60,424 nucleotides of DNA, filler included, from Sphacelaria rigidula (GCA_964200075.2; 9 parts of 9 records of this genome joined end to end with filler, not necessarily neighbours in it), one strand, 5' to 3'. Positions 13,119-26,698 are shown, counted from the whole stretch's first letter. Numbers and translations: made by a program. Notes: generated from the letters alone by a model not told the origin.

Positions 13119-13316
13119 TGTATGCGTGGTTGTTGTGATCTGCATGAACCAAGCGGCACAACGTGACATATTTCACGTGATTGTCATCGCTGTGTCCTTG
13201 AACCATACACAAATCCACGCCAAAATTATGTTCGAGTCGTAGGTGAGATGCCGCGGTAGCCTTCTCCCGAACCAGCCTCCAAACTGTCACGAAGAAATTG
13301 ATCATGTAGCGCATGA

Positions 13317-13352
13317 AAACAGCCAATCATCTATGTTGAGGATGGTGCTTTT
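13317..13352 (+). repeat. High-copy repeat at scaffold end, also near the end of scaffold 7 (46903-46938)
   Basis: aaacagcc(a/g)atcatctatgttgaggatggtgctttt is present at both places. Confidence 0.75.
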
Positions 13353-13452
13353 NNNNNNNNNNNNNNNNNNNNNNNNNNNNNNNNNNNNNNNNNNNNTTAA
13401 TTAATTAANNNNNNNNNNNNNNNNNNNNNNNNNNNNNNNNNNNNNNNNNNNN
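13353..13452. other. Artificial scaffold-joining spacer 2
   Basis: Same N44-TTAATTAATTAA-N44 structure. Confidence 0.98.
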
Positions 13453-14414
13453 CACTTTCCCCCCCCCCCCCTCCCCCGCCCCCTCCTCCTGCCCCAGAAT
13501 GAGGGTTTGGCGACAAGGGGGGGCCTGGTGCCGTGACACCCCGACGTAGTATCCCTTGTTCAAGAGTCATGAGGTACCTTGCCAGTCCAGAAAAAATCGG
13601 ACATCTCCGAAAAACAGTGTCGATAGTAATAGCGTAATGCGTCTAAGATCTCATGCCCTTTTACACCGCATCCCATAATATGTTCCAACACCCATATGTT
13701 CCAACACCCGACAACCAGATGGCAATATCTCGATACACACAGCAGATGTAGAGACAAACCAAGTTGCGCTGTGTAGCCAAGACGCATGCCTAACAACGGA
13801 TCCAGGTTCTGGCGGTGCAAACCCCTGCTGTAAATGAAAACATGAGGTGAAGTGAAGGCCATTTACTGGAAATATTTCCCTAATGCGACAGCTGATTGGT
13901 GCGATCTCGGTCTTGAACGTTGGCTAGTAGCTAGTTGTACCTGCATACATGGAGTTTTGACCTGCAGACATTCATGCAGTGGCTAGTAATAATGTTTGAT
14001 CTCGTGTTGGTCGGTCATATTGGAAAATGACTTTCTGGCTTGTACAAACAGAAGCATGTAGCTGCCTTGGGAGAGGTGTTCATCACTGGTTTGTGCGCTG
14101 TACTCGGTAAAATTGAGCCAGATTTGACCGAAGGTGTACACTCGGAGAGATAATACAGCTTCCTATCACCATCACTGCGGTTTGGTTCTATGACCACTTC
14201 TTTGACTCCATCGTGTCTTGTTCTTGGGGTGGTGATGAACAACGTGATACTAAATTGGGTTCGACGATGTTTGTCCGGCACAGTATGCTAAATAACGACC
14301 CAACAAAGAGGAATTATTTTAATTAGTTCACATCTATTGAGCCGTTCACGGTGGTGATACGCAGAGCCATTGACTGATGCATGCAGACCACCTTCTGGCA
14401 AACAGCTTTTTCAG

Positions 14415-17400
14415 TTCACACAGCTGGTGGCGAACCTCAGCCGTTCATCATCAGGTCTCAGTTACGATATATCTTGTCTGGTTGAGCTAGCGCGGCATGC
14501 CTCCCACGGATTGCCCGGAAGGCAGCACGGCAGCAGATTGTGCGACATCCACATCCTGGTGAGCAAGCGAGCTAAAACGGGTTTTAGGCTTTAGATTCGG
14601 GGGCAACGTGAGTCATGCATACAGATAGCGTTGCGTTTTTGACCTTTTGGCACGAAATCGAAATCTGGACTCGCGCTTGGAACGACTCTATCCATACCGC
14701 GTCGAGCCTACTGCATGCGTACATCTTCATAGTCTGTCGTGGATTAGGTACCCATTCCTGTATTCAGGAGCGGTGGCCGGGGGGGGGTAGGGCATGAAGG
14801 GGACTTGTTGCCGGCGGCGGTGGTCACAACGTTCTTTTTTCAGAGGAAAACTGCAGGTGGACCAGTGATATCCTTAATCATAAAAGCTCGTTCAGCATGG
14901 CAGGTAAAGACAGCAACTACCAGTATGAGGCAATATCATTGCTCTCTACTTGAATCAAAGTCACGAGCGATATCTAGACGTAGTGTCGGTGCCCAACCGA
15001 TCGAGTGCCTGCCATTGTAGCAGTCGTTTCATCGGGCACTGGACGTGTGTTACTCGTCTTCACCTTGACCATCCCTCCTGCTCCCTATCTGTCTACCCAG
15101 CTGCGAATTCGTCTCAAAACCCACACCAAACCATTTCCCACCCCCTCTTCTCTGCCAAACTTTCCCTCGGTATTTTAAAATATTTCTTTCGCAAACCGAA
15201 TCTCTCCTCCGTTGCGTTCATACTTCACGACAGTGCGCCTGATTTGACACCAGTGCACCATGGGACAGACCCAGATCTGACTGCTCCAGCTGACTTGCCT
15301 ATGGGCGTCACGGGCTTGGATTTATCGCCGCACACAACAGCTGGGAGCTTTCTACGGAGGGACGGGCGGGTAGGCGTCAACCCACTTCAGGTAGTTAGTC
15401 GTGTCGTCAAAGTTTTTGGTTTTGGTCCAAGAATGATGAGCATGGTACAGACAGTATTTTTGTTTTGTGTACGCGTATGTGATGAATTTTTAAGAGAGAT
15501 GGATCCTGAAAACGCTCACTTGACAGGGAAAGACGTAACTTGCGAAATTTCCGGTTCGATATGTCATGAATGATGCTTTTATGTTGGTCAGTTCTTGGCT
15601 GTGAGAACCCAACTCATGGAACCTCACTGCCATGGAATGTTTTGGGGTATGCAGGAAAACAGTGATACTCCGACATGGTCGACATAGTTGCTTGAAAACT
15701 GGCGTTGGCACCATCACGCGTGTGCGTTTGTGCGTTGTGCGAGCGGGAGGGAGTACAGGCGGCAGTAGTAGCACTACAACAATCCAGTATGTTGTTCCCT
15801 GTCCAGTTCCGATCGAACCTTTCGTCCAATCTCTCACGCTTATCAGTACAGTTTTATACACGGAGGGCGAACTTGTGGTGCAGGTGTTACCATCTCCAAA
15901 GTATGGCGTTTGAACAATTATTGCTAGGTAGAAACAACCATTTATGCTCTCCTTTATTTTGCCCTCGACACATCCCGGAAACACGAGCTGGCGGTTATCT
16001 CCCTTGTCGTTGTTATCTGCAACACTACACAAAGGCTACGGGTAGTCTTCAACCAAAACACGACAACAACAACATCACGCCCCGAATCTGCCATTTTTTA
16101 CGGTTTGCAACGTCTCGTTTCCATTCCCCCTCTCGCTGCTTTTGCATTTTTTCCGTGCAGTGAAATGGCATCTGTCATTCGTCTCCATGCTCCAACCTAT
16201 AAGCTCAAACATATTTGTGTACTTGCTTCTCCCACACTTTACAATACAGTACTGTCTGTCAGTCTCTTTCTTGTTGTCTCCACACCAACATCTTCACTAA
16301 TTCTTGACCTCCCTCTTGCTCTCATGTCTCCGACCGAAACGCATGGCGAAATAGGCCGTTGCCATGGCGAAGCGCAAACAGCGGAGTGCCCCGCACAGCA
16401 ATTCCTCAGGGAACATACCCCTATCTCCTGCAGCGCGGTCCGCCCGAGGATTCTCAAAGCACGAGGGGTCATTGAACGCTCGACAGCCCAAGCGAGCTGC
16501 AATGCAGCATGCAGCAAGCAAATCCAGCAACATGAGTGAGCACCAACCAGCAGATTCGAGATACACTGCGTTGGTAGAGCGAGAGGAAGAGGGTAGCGAG
16601 GATGCGCTAGGAGAGGGGCCGCCGGGGTTTGAACCGCTCGTGGCCAGGGTGGGTGGAAAACATGGGAAGCCTTGGCTGAGCAGTTCGGTATGCAAGTCGC
16701 CAGGAGCTGAATCGACAGGCACGTGAGATTCAGTGTGCGGCACCTCTGTGCCGCACCACTGTGCTGTATTGTGACGGGTTTTTGTTGTACTGGCGTCTTG
16801 ATTTTCCGTTCTCTTGTGGTCTCCCTGAATGACCAACGACTTCAAGTTTTTGCCGTGCGTTCCATCTTTGTGGTGACGTGATGTTCAGCGGATGGTACGC
16901 CGCAAATTTTGAACTTTCTTGGCCGTGTCAAATGTTGACATACTACTGTTCACAGCTAGTCTTGGTTGCATACTGAAGTGTACGAATTGTATAAACACTC
17001 GATCGATTTGTGTGTTAGCTTCTTCTCACCTACAAAACATGTAAGTGGGGTGTTTTTTCTTCTTCAAACTATGAAAACATTTGAAGCATTCGTGTAACTG
17101 GTACCGTTGGACATTGCGTCTTCCCAAGCATATCTCTCTCTAAATCCAAAATGCAAACAAGCGGCCACAGAGTGCGTAACACACGAATTCCTGGCTGCGG
17201 ACTGGACTACACTGCGTTGTACTGTCTCTACTCTGTTTGTGTTGGCTGAGCTGATTAGACTCTACTGCCTGGACATTTGAACCCGTCCATTTATCCTTGG
17301 CCGGTACCGTTGCCCGGTGACACTGCCAGATGGTACAGCGTCGTCAGTATAGACGGTAATACTGCAACAGTAAAGCAATGCAGTGCAGGACTCCATTCCT

Positions 17401-18744
17401 TTATCATGTCATTCGATCGCGATGTGTCCCAAAAATTCCCAAATATGAAACGGATCGATTCGTGTTGCGCACTTCGCAAAGCAAGTCCGTCCGCAGCGAA
17501 TGAACGGGCTCTTGTTGCATGGAAAGCGGGCCTTGCCCAGCGTCGCAGCAGTGTGAAACGGTTTTGGTACATGGGTTGCATGCAACCTGTTCACATGGAG
17601 TCTTGCTGGTTACACATGAAAGACGTCACGACAAACAGCGTTCTAGTCGTCTCCAGTTGGACCGTTGCGTTGTGATGTCTCGTGTTGTACACGGAGTATT
17701 TCGTCGGTCAGCCCAAGTTGCGGACCTGGCTACTTGTGAGGCTTCCACACGAAAAGCACTTCACCCTGTGAAAGTTCAGCACAGCGAGGAATGCTTGCAT
17801 GAGAAGTAGAATTCAACAACACCCTCTGTGCACTTTCTATTAACAGCAGCGTAGTCTCAGATTGCCCAAGGTTCTTTACTAGAAAAAGAAGAGCGGTGTA
17901 AATACGTTAAAGTTCATAAACATTCCCACCGTCCCAGTGTAGTGTAAAATTCCTGGAACAGTAAAGTACAACAGCATTTGTCTCCGTGACGCTAATCTTC
18001 TCCTCTCAGTGGAACTCGCGGCATATTACAACATGGCAATTGGTGGTCACGGGACGATGCTCGTCGGATGATCGTACTTCGCGATAGCAAAAGTTCTGTA
18101 CGTGGGACCTTTTTTGCTCGCATCATTGTCTCGGTTACTTGCTCGCCTTCAGTGGTGTTGAAAAGGGTGACGAGCGTAGTCATACACTTGTGCTACATAA
18201 CACGAGGAGCTCGTGTACCCGCCGTCAACGAATCTGTCGTTTGTTGTCAGGCAGCAGTGGCCGTCGAGATTGACCGTCTGACCTACTTTGTTCTGTTATC
18301 TGTACAGCCCAGATTCTGTAGTTGTTGACTACAGCATATCGAACGTGGAAATATCGAGGGGTTGAAGTAACTGGCGATATTTGTGCTGCACAAGGGACGC
18401 AGCGCTGCATCTCGCTGCAAGTTGACTTCTTCGGCCAGTTGTGGTGGGATCCGAGCTTGGAGTACTCCATTCAAGACTACTTTCCTGTGCATCAGATGCC
18501 GTCGTATCGCTTACCGTCGCGATGTGTGGTTGCTTTGCAAGCAGGCACGGAACTGGCTACCCCAGACTCTGACGGCGGCTCCAGTCGAGAATCAGAAGGA
18601 CCAGCGCGAGAGGATGAAACTGGTGCTCCCGTGCCCTTGGCATCTGCTAGTGTTGCCGGTGGTGGCCCCAGCAAAGATATCGAGGCGGTGATGAGCAAGG
18701 CCACCAAGGCTGCTGCTCACATCCGCCTGCTGCTTCATGCCCAG
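14415..18744 (+). CDS. Chain of exon-like segments of unidentified gene(s), possibly decayed
   Basis: AG/GT-bounded stop-free segments: 14415-14558 (FTQLVANL...DIHIL|gtgagc), 14844-14903 (RKTAGGPV...SAWQ|gtaaag), ATG ORF from 16364 (MAKRKQRS...), 18322-18744 (LLTTAYRTWKYRG...LLLHAQ|gttagt). No family recognised and phases not all reconciled. Confidence 0.3.
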
Positions 18745-20077
18745 GTTAGTGTCTCTAAAATAGCGATGTGATGTGAGTTCATGAGTGGGTTGAGTGATGT
18801 CGCTTTGAGAGAACGATGTGTTGTACTGAACTATCCTGTTTGGCATTTTCTGTGGTGAACGTTTCGTTTGCTGAAATAATTTTCCGACTGGATGGTGTTT
18901 GTCTCAAAGCGCCGACTCTGGTGTCGTTTGGATGCTGTAACCGTGTCAACGGTGCTGTGACACCGCTGATGCATACACCTCAACCTTGCTGGAAAGGTTC
19001 CTTGATGTGATCCAACAATGCAGTGACGGCCCGGAAAAACTCCTGATCCGCTAGAGGCTCTTCACCTCGATAAGCAGCCTCACTCCAGCATCCAGATCTT
19101 ACTCCTCACATGCAGTAGGAAGTGTGGAGCCAATCGTTGGTCCACTTCTAGTTGGGCTGCTTTTTTGCTCAAACCGATCAACCCTCGAACTCTTCATTTT
19201 TCTTCTGTTTTTTCTAGCATGCTCCTTACCCTACGTGGTTGCCGCACGCGAAGAAAACTTCTTGCATGGCAGGTCGCACACCCAAGCAACGAGCAGTCAG
19301 GACTTCATACAGCGTACGCCGGATTTTTGTACAGAATCATCCGCTCTAAAAGTCCGCTGCATAAGATCATGAATGTGTGTGTGTACGCACGGTATAGAAA
19401 TTTGTTCCTCTGCTCCCCATCGCAATGTACTTCTCTTGCTTTCATGTGATCTCGTGATGAGTCCTGCTATCCTATCCATTTTTTGTTATCGTATAGGGTC
19501 GGTTCCGTCTGTACACCATGTACAAAACATTGGTTGGTGCTCCAAATGCAACCAACCAATTGAAATGGAATGCTTAGGCGCCGTTGCGACCCACCTTCGA
19601 ATTCCCCGGGGGAACGAGGGTGCCGGCTGAAAAAAGGTGGCGTTCAGTCCTCGTCCCTTGGACAGTATTTCACGCGCACAAAAACCGTTTTCCTTGGGAA
19701 GATGTGGCAATGGAAACGCTGAAGGCGGGCTCCGACTAGTGTCGGCTGCTGTAGTATTTCGCCGACGTGAAGCGACGACTCAAAATGCACCTGACCCTCG
19801 GCCTTCCCGCAAAGATCGCATATTGTGGTACACAAGGATTGTGACGAGTAACATTTGCACAGCCAACGAGCGATGACTCATGCATACATAGCAAGATATT
19901 GGTAACTGCTGTCGCCAGATAGTACTCGTATCGTTGCAGGGTGCCTCACGAGCTGTGGTATGGATAACTCGACTTCAGCGAAACACGGGGGGAGGGGGGG
20001 GGGGGGGACTCATTTACTTGCCTTGGTCGTTCGACCAGGGGTCACGCATCCCCCTCGAGACGAAGCAGGGGGGGGGG

Positions 20078-20177
20078 NNNNNNNNNNNNNNNNNNNNNNN
20101 NNNNNNNNNNNNNNNNNNNNNTTAATTAATTAANNNNNNNNNNNNNNNNNNNNNNNNNNNNNNNNNNNNNNNNNNNN
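20078..20177. other. Artificial scaffold-joining spacer 3
   Basis: Same N44-TTAATTAATTAA-N44 structure. Confidence 0.98.
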
Positions 20178-21294
20178 CGTACGTCACCCCGACCCCGGTT
20201 CTACGGAGATCCAGCCTTTCTAGGTATCTGAATCATTCGAACATGTAAGACTATGCCCAGCTTGAAAACCGGACGCTGTATATGAGAAATAAACGAACGG
20301 TGCCGACTTTTGTTTGTATAGAGTTCAGCCACGCAAGTCATACTTTTGGCTGTGTGCACGAAGTTGGACACACTTGACCCGTTGCGCCCCCTCACTGGAC
20401 AGAATTAACCCGACCTCATCGGGGCGACATATTTGGTGCGCACATGACGCATGATGCGGATTCTTCTGTGGCTTTCCGCCATAAAAATGGTTTCAATCGC
20501 TATTTTTTGTTCCCATCTTTCCTTCTTTTTCAGGGCTTGAAATAACTCAAATAATGAGGCGTCCAACCCGGGGACGGAGGCAGAGGGTTGTCAAGGGTTA
20601 TCTCACTGCTAAATATACCGGAAACCTCGAGTTTGAGATATCGCTACTGAGGGTCTTGCGGGGAGTACCTTGGCAGACCTCTTTCCTGGCTGTTCCGATA
20701 TTTCAACTGCGGGAGAGAATATGTCGGATCACATGTATAACAACCGGAGACCCCGGACAATAGCGCTGTTGACCGAGGCAACGCATGACATGCGAAACCT
20801 CCAAGGAGTATATCCCGCGCAATTGGAGGACTGTCTCCACTTATTGCGGCGGGGCGGTGTACTCCGTTATTAAAAGATCTTGGAATGGGTCCGTGAGATC
20901 ACGGCGTGCGTAGAGCACTGTTATTCAAGGAACTTGGTTCGGTCGGATTTGATTATGGCCCGAGTTACAGATGACATCCCGGCTTTTTCATTTGCGTTAC
21001 AATGTGCGAAACCTTGTCCCTAGAAAACTTCAAGAGAATATCTGGTTTGGGATTCCTTGCGTTCGTTGCTGTGACGACCTCAACGGGACGTTTCCTCGCT
21101 CGTGCCCATCTATGTAGATCTAATCACGTATCGAAGGTTCAAAATCTGGTGAATGGCTGGTGTGGTGTCGTGTTGTCTCAGCAGAAACCACCTGCTGACT
21201 CAGGAGACAGACTCGCACAGGATGCACTTTATCTGTGGCGTTCACTGGCATCTTGACGCAAAAAACAAAAGTCGAGTAGTGTTCATGAGCCTTT

Positions 21295-22995
21295 ACTCGG
21301 TCAAGACAAAATAAACACGCTGTCATTTCCCAAAGTTGAAAACTGGACGAGGACGATCACAATTAGGGAGCGAAAGTATACAACCCAAGCTGCAAGCTCT
21401 CGTGAAGTTAAGAGCACTTACGAGCCACTCATACATGCGTCAAACCAGATTGTATCATCTGATTCAACTTGCTGGAGTGATAGCCGTGTCAGCTTTTACA
21501 TCCAATCTACTGCAAGCTACCTGGTTTACTTGCTTCGCACCACTATCCTACCGTGGCAATGACGACACGTTTTCTACCCCAACATCCTGCGTATATACGT
21601 TATTGAAGAAGGAAAATCAAAGATACACAGCAAACGGCTACAGCATTCTGGAGTTTTACGTCATCACCACAGTATCCTGCTGTGATAATGACGACACGTT
21701 TCTTGCCCCCAAAATCCCGCGAATTACGCCATCCCACGGAGAATATCTAAGATACGTAGTGAACAGCTGCAGCGTTCAAGGTTTTATTGGATCGTCACAG
21801 CTTGTACCGCAACTACGCCAGAGAGCCGAAATTCTGAAACAAAACCAATGGCAGTGCTGTCATTAATTGCAACACTGTCCAGGTACCACCTTCAGTTGGG
21901 TCCGCAGCGGGCCATTATCGGGTGTACGCTGACGTGACCGTGTTAAAAAACCTACAGTCGATGCATCTCTTACTTCTGCCTCGCATTCGGAGCCCGGAGT
22001 AAGACATCGAGCAGAACACGAGCGTTTATTTGGCCAAGACAAAATAAACACGCGGTCACTTCTCAACATAGAAAACTGGAGAAGGACGATCGCAATTGGG
22101 GAACCAAAGTATCCAACCCAAGCTGCAATCTCTCGTGAAATGAGGAGCATCTACGAGGCACTTGTACATGCGCCAAACCAGATTTGATCATCTGATTTAA
22201 CTTGCTGAAGCGATACTCGTGTCATCGCGTACATCCAATGTACTGAAAGCTACGTGGCTACTTACTTCGTAACACTATCCTACCGTGGCAATGACGACAC
22301 GTCTTCAATCCCGGTATCCCGCGTATTACGTTATTCAAGAAGGGAAGTCGATCATATACGATGAACGGCTACAACCTGAAAATTATTTACTTTGCTACAC
22401 TATTCTACAACGACAATGACGACACATGTTCTACCACATTATCCCGCGTAACACGTTATCCAAAGAGTGATGCTACAGTAGGGGTGCACAAGTATTTCCT
22501 GGCGTTAGAATTGTTAGAACCCCTTTATCTCATTCGAAACACGACTTGTGAAATATGTGAGAGTACGCCAGGATTACTATTCTAATGTGCTGGGGATATT
22601 CCAAATGAATTCGCAAACGGGGATGCCCTGACCGATATTTTTTGTGCACCTAGAACCGATAGGAGCCCCTGAACCAGACGAGAGTTTGCGCAAGACGTGC
22701 ACCCCTATCGCAGCATTACTCCAAAGAAAAAATCAAATATATCCAGTGAACGGTCACAACATTCAAGATTTTATTGTATCGTCACAAGTTATACGACAAG
22801 TATGCCAAACATATAGACTGTGTTGTCATTAATTGTGACAACACTCAGGTTTCAGCTTCAGCTGGGTTCACAATGATCAATCATCAAGTGTACGCTGACG
22901 TGACCAAGTTTAGAGTAAAAACCTACAGTAGATTCGATCCATTCTCTGGCTACTGCATCACCTTTGCAGCCCAGAATGAGACGTCGAGCAGACCC
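21295..22995 (+). repeat. Diverged tandem duplication (about 733-bp unit) with internal ~130-bp subrepeats
   Basis: caagacaaaataaacacgc at 21302 and 22035; aatgacgacac twice per unit (about 21558 and 21687; 22290 and 22415); the second unit is interrupted by the MITE at 22465-22721. Confidence 0.85.
22465..22721 (+). mobile_element. 257-bp Sola-like MITE, copy 2
   Basis: TIR gagtgatgctacagtaggggtgcac / gtgcacccctatcgcagcattactc; TSD CAAA at 22461-22464 and 22722-22725; removing it restores the host subrepeat. Confidence 0.85.
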
Positions 22996-23489
22996 TATAT
23001 TCATGTGATGGTCTGGCGTGGACGAATCCTACGGGGAATACCGTGCAGTATATTCCATGTTATTGGTCGACACTCCCAATGCCTGAATCATTGGCCACGC
23101 ATGTCTACACTTAACTTCATGTCGAGAAGTACCGTCCCTCGAAAACACACGCCGTGCAAAGACGAGCATCACCAACCAAGACGAACATGAACACTACCGT
23201 GAAAATGTAGTACACACCAGCTCCAATGAGCTTGAACCCAATGAAAGTGCCCCCACTACGCCGTTAGATTTCTTCCCAACGGACTACAGAAACCTACTCA
23301 GGGCCGTTTTCGCACCAGCATCAAGAGCTGATGGCACTGGCCCTTGCCCGACCCAAAAACATGTCAAAAAGGCGATCTGTACATGGTGCGTAGCCAACCT
23401 CATGACTTCAGAAAACGTCGCAGAGGCGATCCAACGCCGTTCTGCGGGACATCATACGACCGAGATGCCAATTACGTCGTTTCGTAGGG

Positions 23490-25561
23490 TTACCCCATGA
23501 AGACATAAACAGAAAGCGCTAAAGATCCGCCACAGGTCTGTGAAGAGTCGCCAGAGCAAGGCATGTCGCAAGTAGCGGTACCGAGTGCAGAAGGATCGTC
23601 CGTCGCTAGCCCGCAAAAGCACTGCACATAAGCATCAACGTACGGCGCACATATCGGGGTGAGACGACTTTGTGAAATCGCTCGACAATCTTTCGTTTGA
23701 GTCTTTCGGCTTGAGTGATGCAGCGCAAAAAGGGTGTTGCCTTGCCTTCATGTTGTATTGGGGTATATCCTCTGGAACACCTTATCAGCCATCAGCGGAC
23801 GTTGAGGCGCAGCGTCGAACATATGTGCACATGTAAATCAGAGACCCCACACTGTGAACGGTTTCCAAGTACTAAGCCTTAGACCGCGAGGGTGGTCCAC
23901 CTGGATCATGCATGCTCTTTCCAAGTGAAATTGATGCTGATTCAACAGGTGGCTCTTTCTCGCCATATAAGGTTAAGTGCTACATATCTGCTCACAACTC
24001 AGACACAGTCGCCGAGAGTTTCGGATTCTCAAGCTGTGTTAAGTATCTTCCACGACCTGCAATCGGGTCGCGGCAGTCCAACTACGGTACGTCGGAACGT
24101 CGGAACCGAGGTTTTGCGGACAAATAGCAATAGACAAATACGCATTTCATACAGGGAGTGCTCATCTTGAATACTTGAGGTGCGGATGGAGTTTCGGACA
24201 AAGACGGCATATCTCCTCTAGCCGAAGGCGGTCACTTTGCAGATGTGCGCTTGGCATATATCTACACGAATGGTTTCAACACGTGCTCATCTGCGTCCCG
24301 GTGCATACGACTTAACGACATGGTTCGTACCTCCTCAGACCATTCAAGACCGAAGTACGTCGAGCCCTCGCAAAATTCGGCGCAAGCCTGCAAAACACGA
24401 GAAACATCGATTCAGCGGAAGCTGGAAGTAAACATCGATTGTTGCCCACGTGAAAAACACTCTGTATCATCAGGTGGTGCGGATAGAACATTGTGGGCGG
24501 CGCGCACATCTTATGTTAGTTTTAGACTTTCCACGACTTCACCCTCCCACACAAGAGCGATCCGGCAACGGACACTGAGATAATCGCATGACGCGATTTT
24601 CACGTCCCTTCGACGGCAAGCGGGAACAGAAATTCACATGCCAAACCACGCATTTTCTCATCACCGCTCGACGTTTGGAGGTAAAGGAGGATTCCAAGTA
24701 CCATCTCAGGAAGAAAAGCCTCACGTCGTTACCTCAATCGTCATATCTGGTTGACCTAGCACTTTAGGGCCAGTGAACACGCGGTCAAACGAGTCCGCGT
24801 AGCAACCAAGCTCAGCGTAGTCACCGGAATCATCCGTGCTGGGTGCAGGATCAAAGTCATCGTCGGCATTGGCGCAGACATCACCGCAGGGCAAGTAGTA
24901 GATGTCGTTTGAAGAATCTATGATCATGAGCTCCCCCTTCAAATAACACGACACGAGGAACACACGGTGCATGCAGTCCACGAGGCGAGCGAGCATCACG
25001 GTCAATGTAGCCAGCAGCGGCGGTGGATCTGAGGTGGGCTGGGCGAACCATCCAGTCTATGAGAGGAATACACGAGCAGCAGTACACAATTACTTTCGTC
25101 CCCGCAATTTACTTTGGCTCACGTCAACATCCTCTGAGAAGGAGACGACTTGCACGCTTCCGTCGCTGACGATTGTGCCCGGGGACCACGTGCCGTCACC
25201 TTGCTCCTTGATGTAGTACACGTTCCTGAAAGCCATGAAAACCAAAGAAGGCACGACACGATCCAAGAAAGTGCGATAACATGATCTTGAGGTGCAAATT
25301 TCGACGAACTACTCCCGCAGAATGACACCTAACGTTTGCGTTATGGGTGCATCAGCTATGTTTCTGTTTCTTGTCTGAGAGAGGGCTGAGCAACCTCGTC
25401 ATGGGAATAAGGAATGTGGGTAGACGCCATGATCGAAGTTGATGTGTCTATTGAATTACGTATCGCTCGTCATATAATGCACCTGCCCTCGTAGTCGGCG
25501 AAGATGAGCGCCCCATAAATATCCAGATCAGCGAAGGCTTGCCCCCGGTACACGTACCCAC
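23490..25561 (-). CDS. Glucose/sorbosone dehydrogenase (HHIP-like beta-propeller) C-terminus fused to a WSC domain; last five exons
   Basis: Exons 25561-25483, 25225-25123, 24936-24733, 24387-24331 and 23621-23490, all GT-AG and phase-compatible. They splice to GGYVYRGQAFADLDIYGALIFADYEGRNVYYIKEQGDGTWSPGTIVSDGSVQVVSFSEDVDGELMIIDSSNDIYYLPCGDVC...GCYADSFDRVFTGPKVLGQPDMTIEACAEFCEGSTYFGLEWSEECFCGLATDDPSALGTATCDMPCSGDSSQTCGGSLALSVYVFMG*. GGYVYRG and SFxEDxxGEL are GSDH/HHIP motifs, and the 8-Cys WSC pattern is complete. Confidence 0.9.
23876..23972. mobile_element. piggyBac-type miniature element, copy 2 (in last intron of the GSDH-WSC gene)
   Basis: CTAA|GCCTTAGACCGCGAG ... CTCGCCATATAAGG|TTAA; homologous to 11068-11175. 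Confidence 0.5.
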
Positions 25562-26698
25562 CTTGCAAACCAAAGGCACCCCAAGCGAACAAAGGAGAAC
25601 GGGGAAATTGTACGGTGAAGTGAGGCTCAGTGGAAATGACCGCTACTACTACGACTCAACCGCCAGACTTCGTAGGATGGGAAAGCATGGACGGTGTTCA
25701 TCCGGAACTTCATTGACTAACGGTGAAAGAAACTTTAGAAGCAATGGAGTATACACAACAACAACAAGTGACTCAAAGATGTGCCGAAAGAGAAGCGATT
25801 TGGAAGCTGCATGCTTGAAAGCCCCCCTCAAATCAGGCGAGACGCTACGAGAAAGGTCCTAACGAACTTCGAAGATATTCCGTCGTTACATGGATCCAAT
25901 GATGTGTCAGTAACTGGAGACAAAGCAGAAACAAATCCTGCTTCTCGTGCGACGAACTTTAGCTGCGGCACGGTCTGTTGCCAAAGCAGTATCATAGCTG
26001 CTTCAACATCACATCAGCCAAAATCGCACTTTCACCACTGTTCTGGGCCCTTGGTGCATCACGTCGGGGGAAGTCCTTCGACGCCAAAACCCCACGAGAC
26101 CGAAATATCACGGTTTTGGGTAGGAACTGTTTCGACATCTATTCTCTCCACTGGCTTTTCACACTGATGGCGGATACTACGAACTTGAAGTATGTTCAGA
26201 TTGGTTAGAAGTTTCGTTGGGAATTGATATTTTGAGTATCAAAACAATTTTTGAAGGTCGTTAATTGGTCGAGGTACTTTTTCGCCCACAGCGCCACCGC
26301 TATGACCTTGAGCGAAGATCCGGCTATTCCACCCTCCCTAGTTTCCATGGCAGTAAAAAAGGTACCAAGTATTCGGCCATGGGGTAGGTATGACGGAAGT
26401 CATGGTAGATAAATTTTGGGTCAAAACCGTGAACCAACTCGTATCGTGAATATTAAGCTTTGATATACCCACATATACCCTAATGCGCTGACAGAACGAA
26501 ATTCTCGCACCGGTCCATATATTGTGAGGACAATACATCTCGACACGTCTCTTGCTCCGAGATATTGCCCATGGGGTTAACATAACAGGGGATCCTGAAA
26601 AACGGGAAGGAGATATACATATGGGAACGAACGAAGGTAGAAATCGAAAATATTATGGGGTAACGGTATCCGTGAAGAAAACCTTCGGGGAAAGTTGG

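Noticed and set aside
20660..20873. Possible Tc1/mariner transposase C-terminal remnant (…HMYNNRRPRTIALLTEA…)
   Set aside because: Needs several frameshifts to recover an SPDL-like motif; too weak without a profile search
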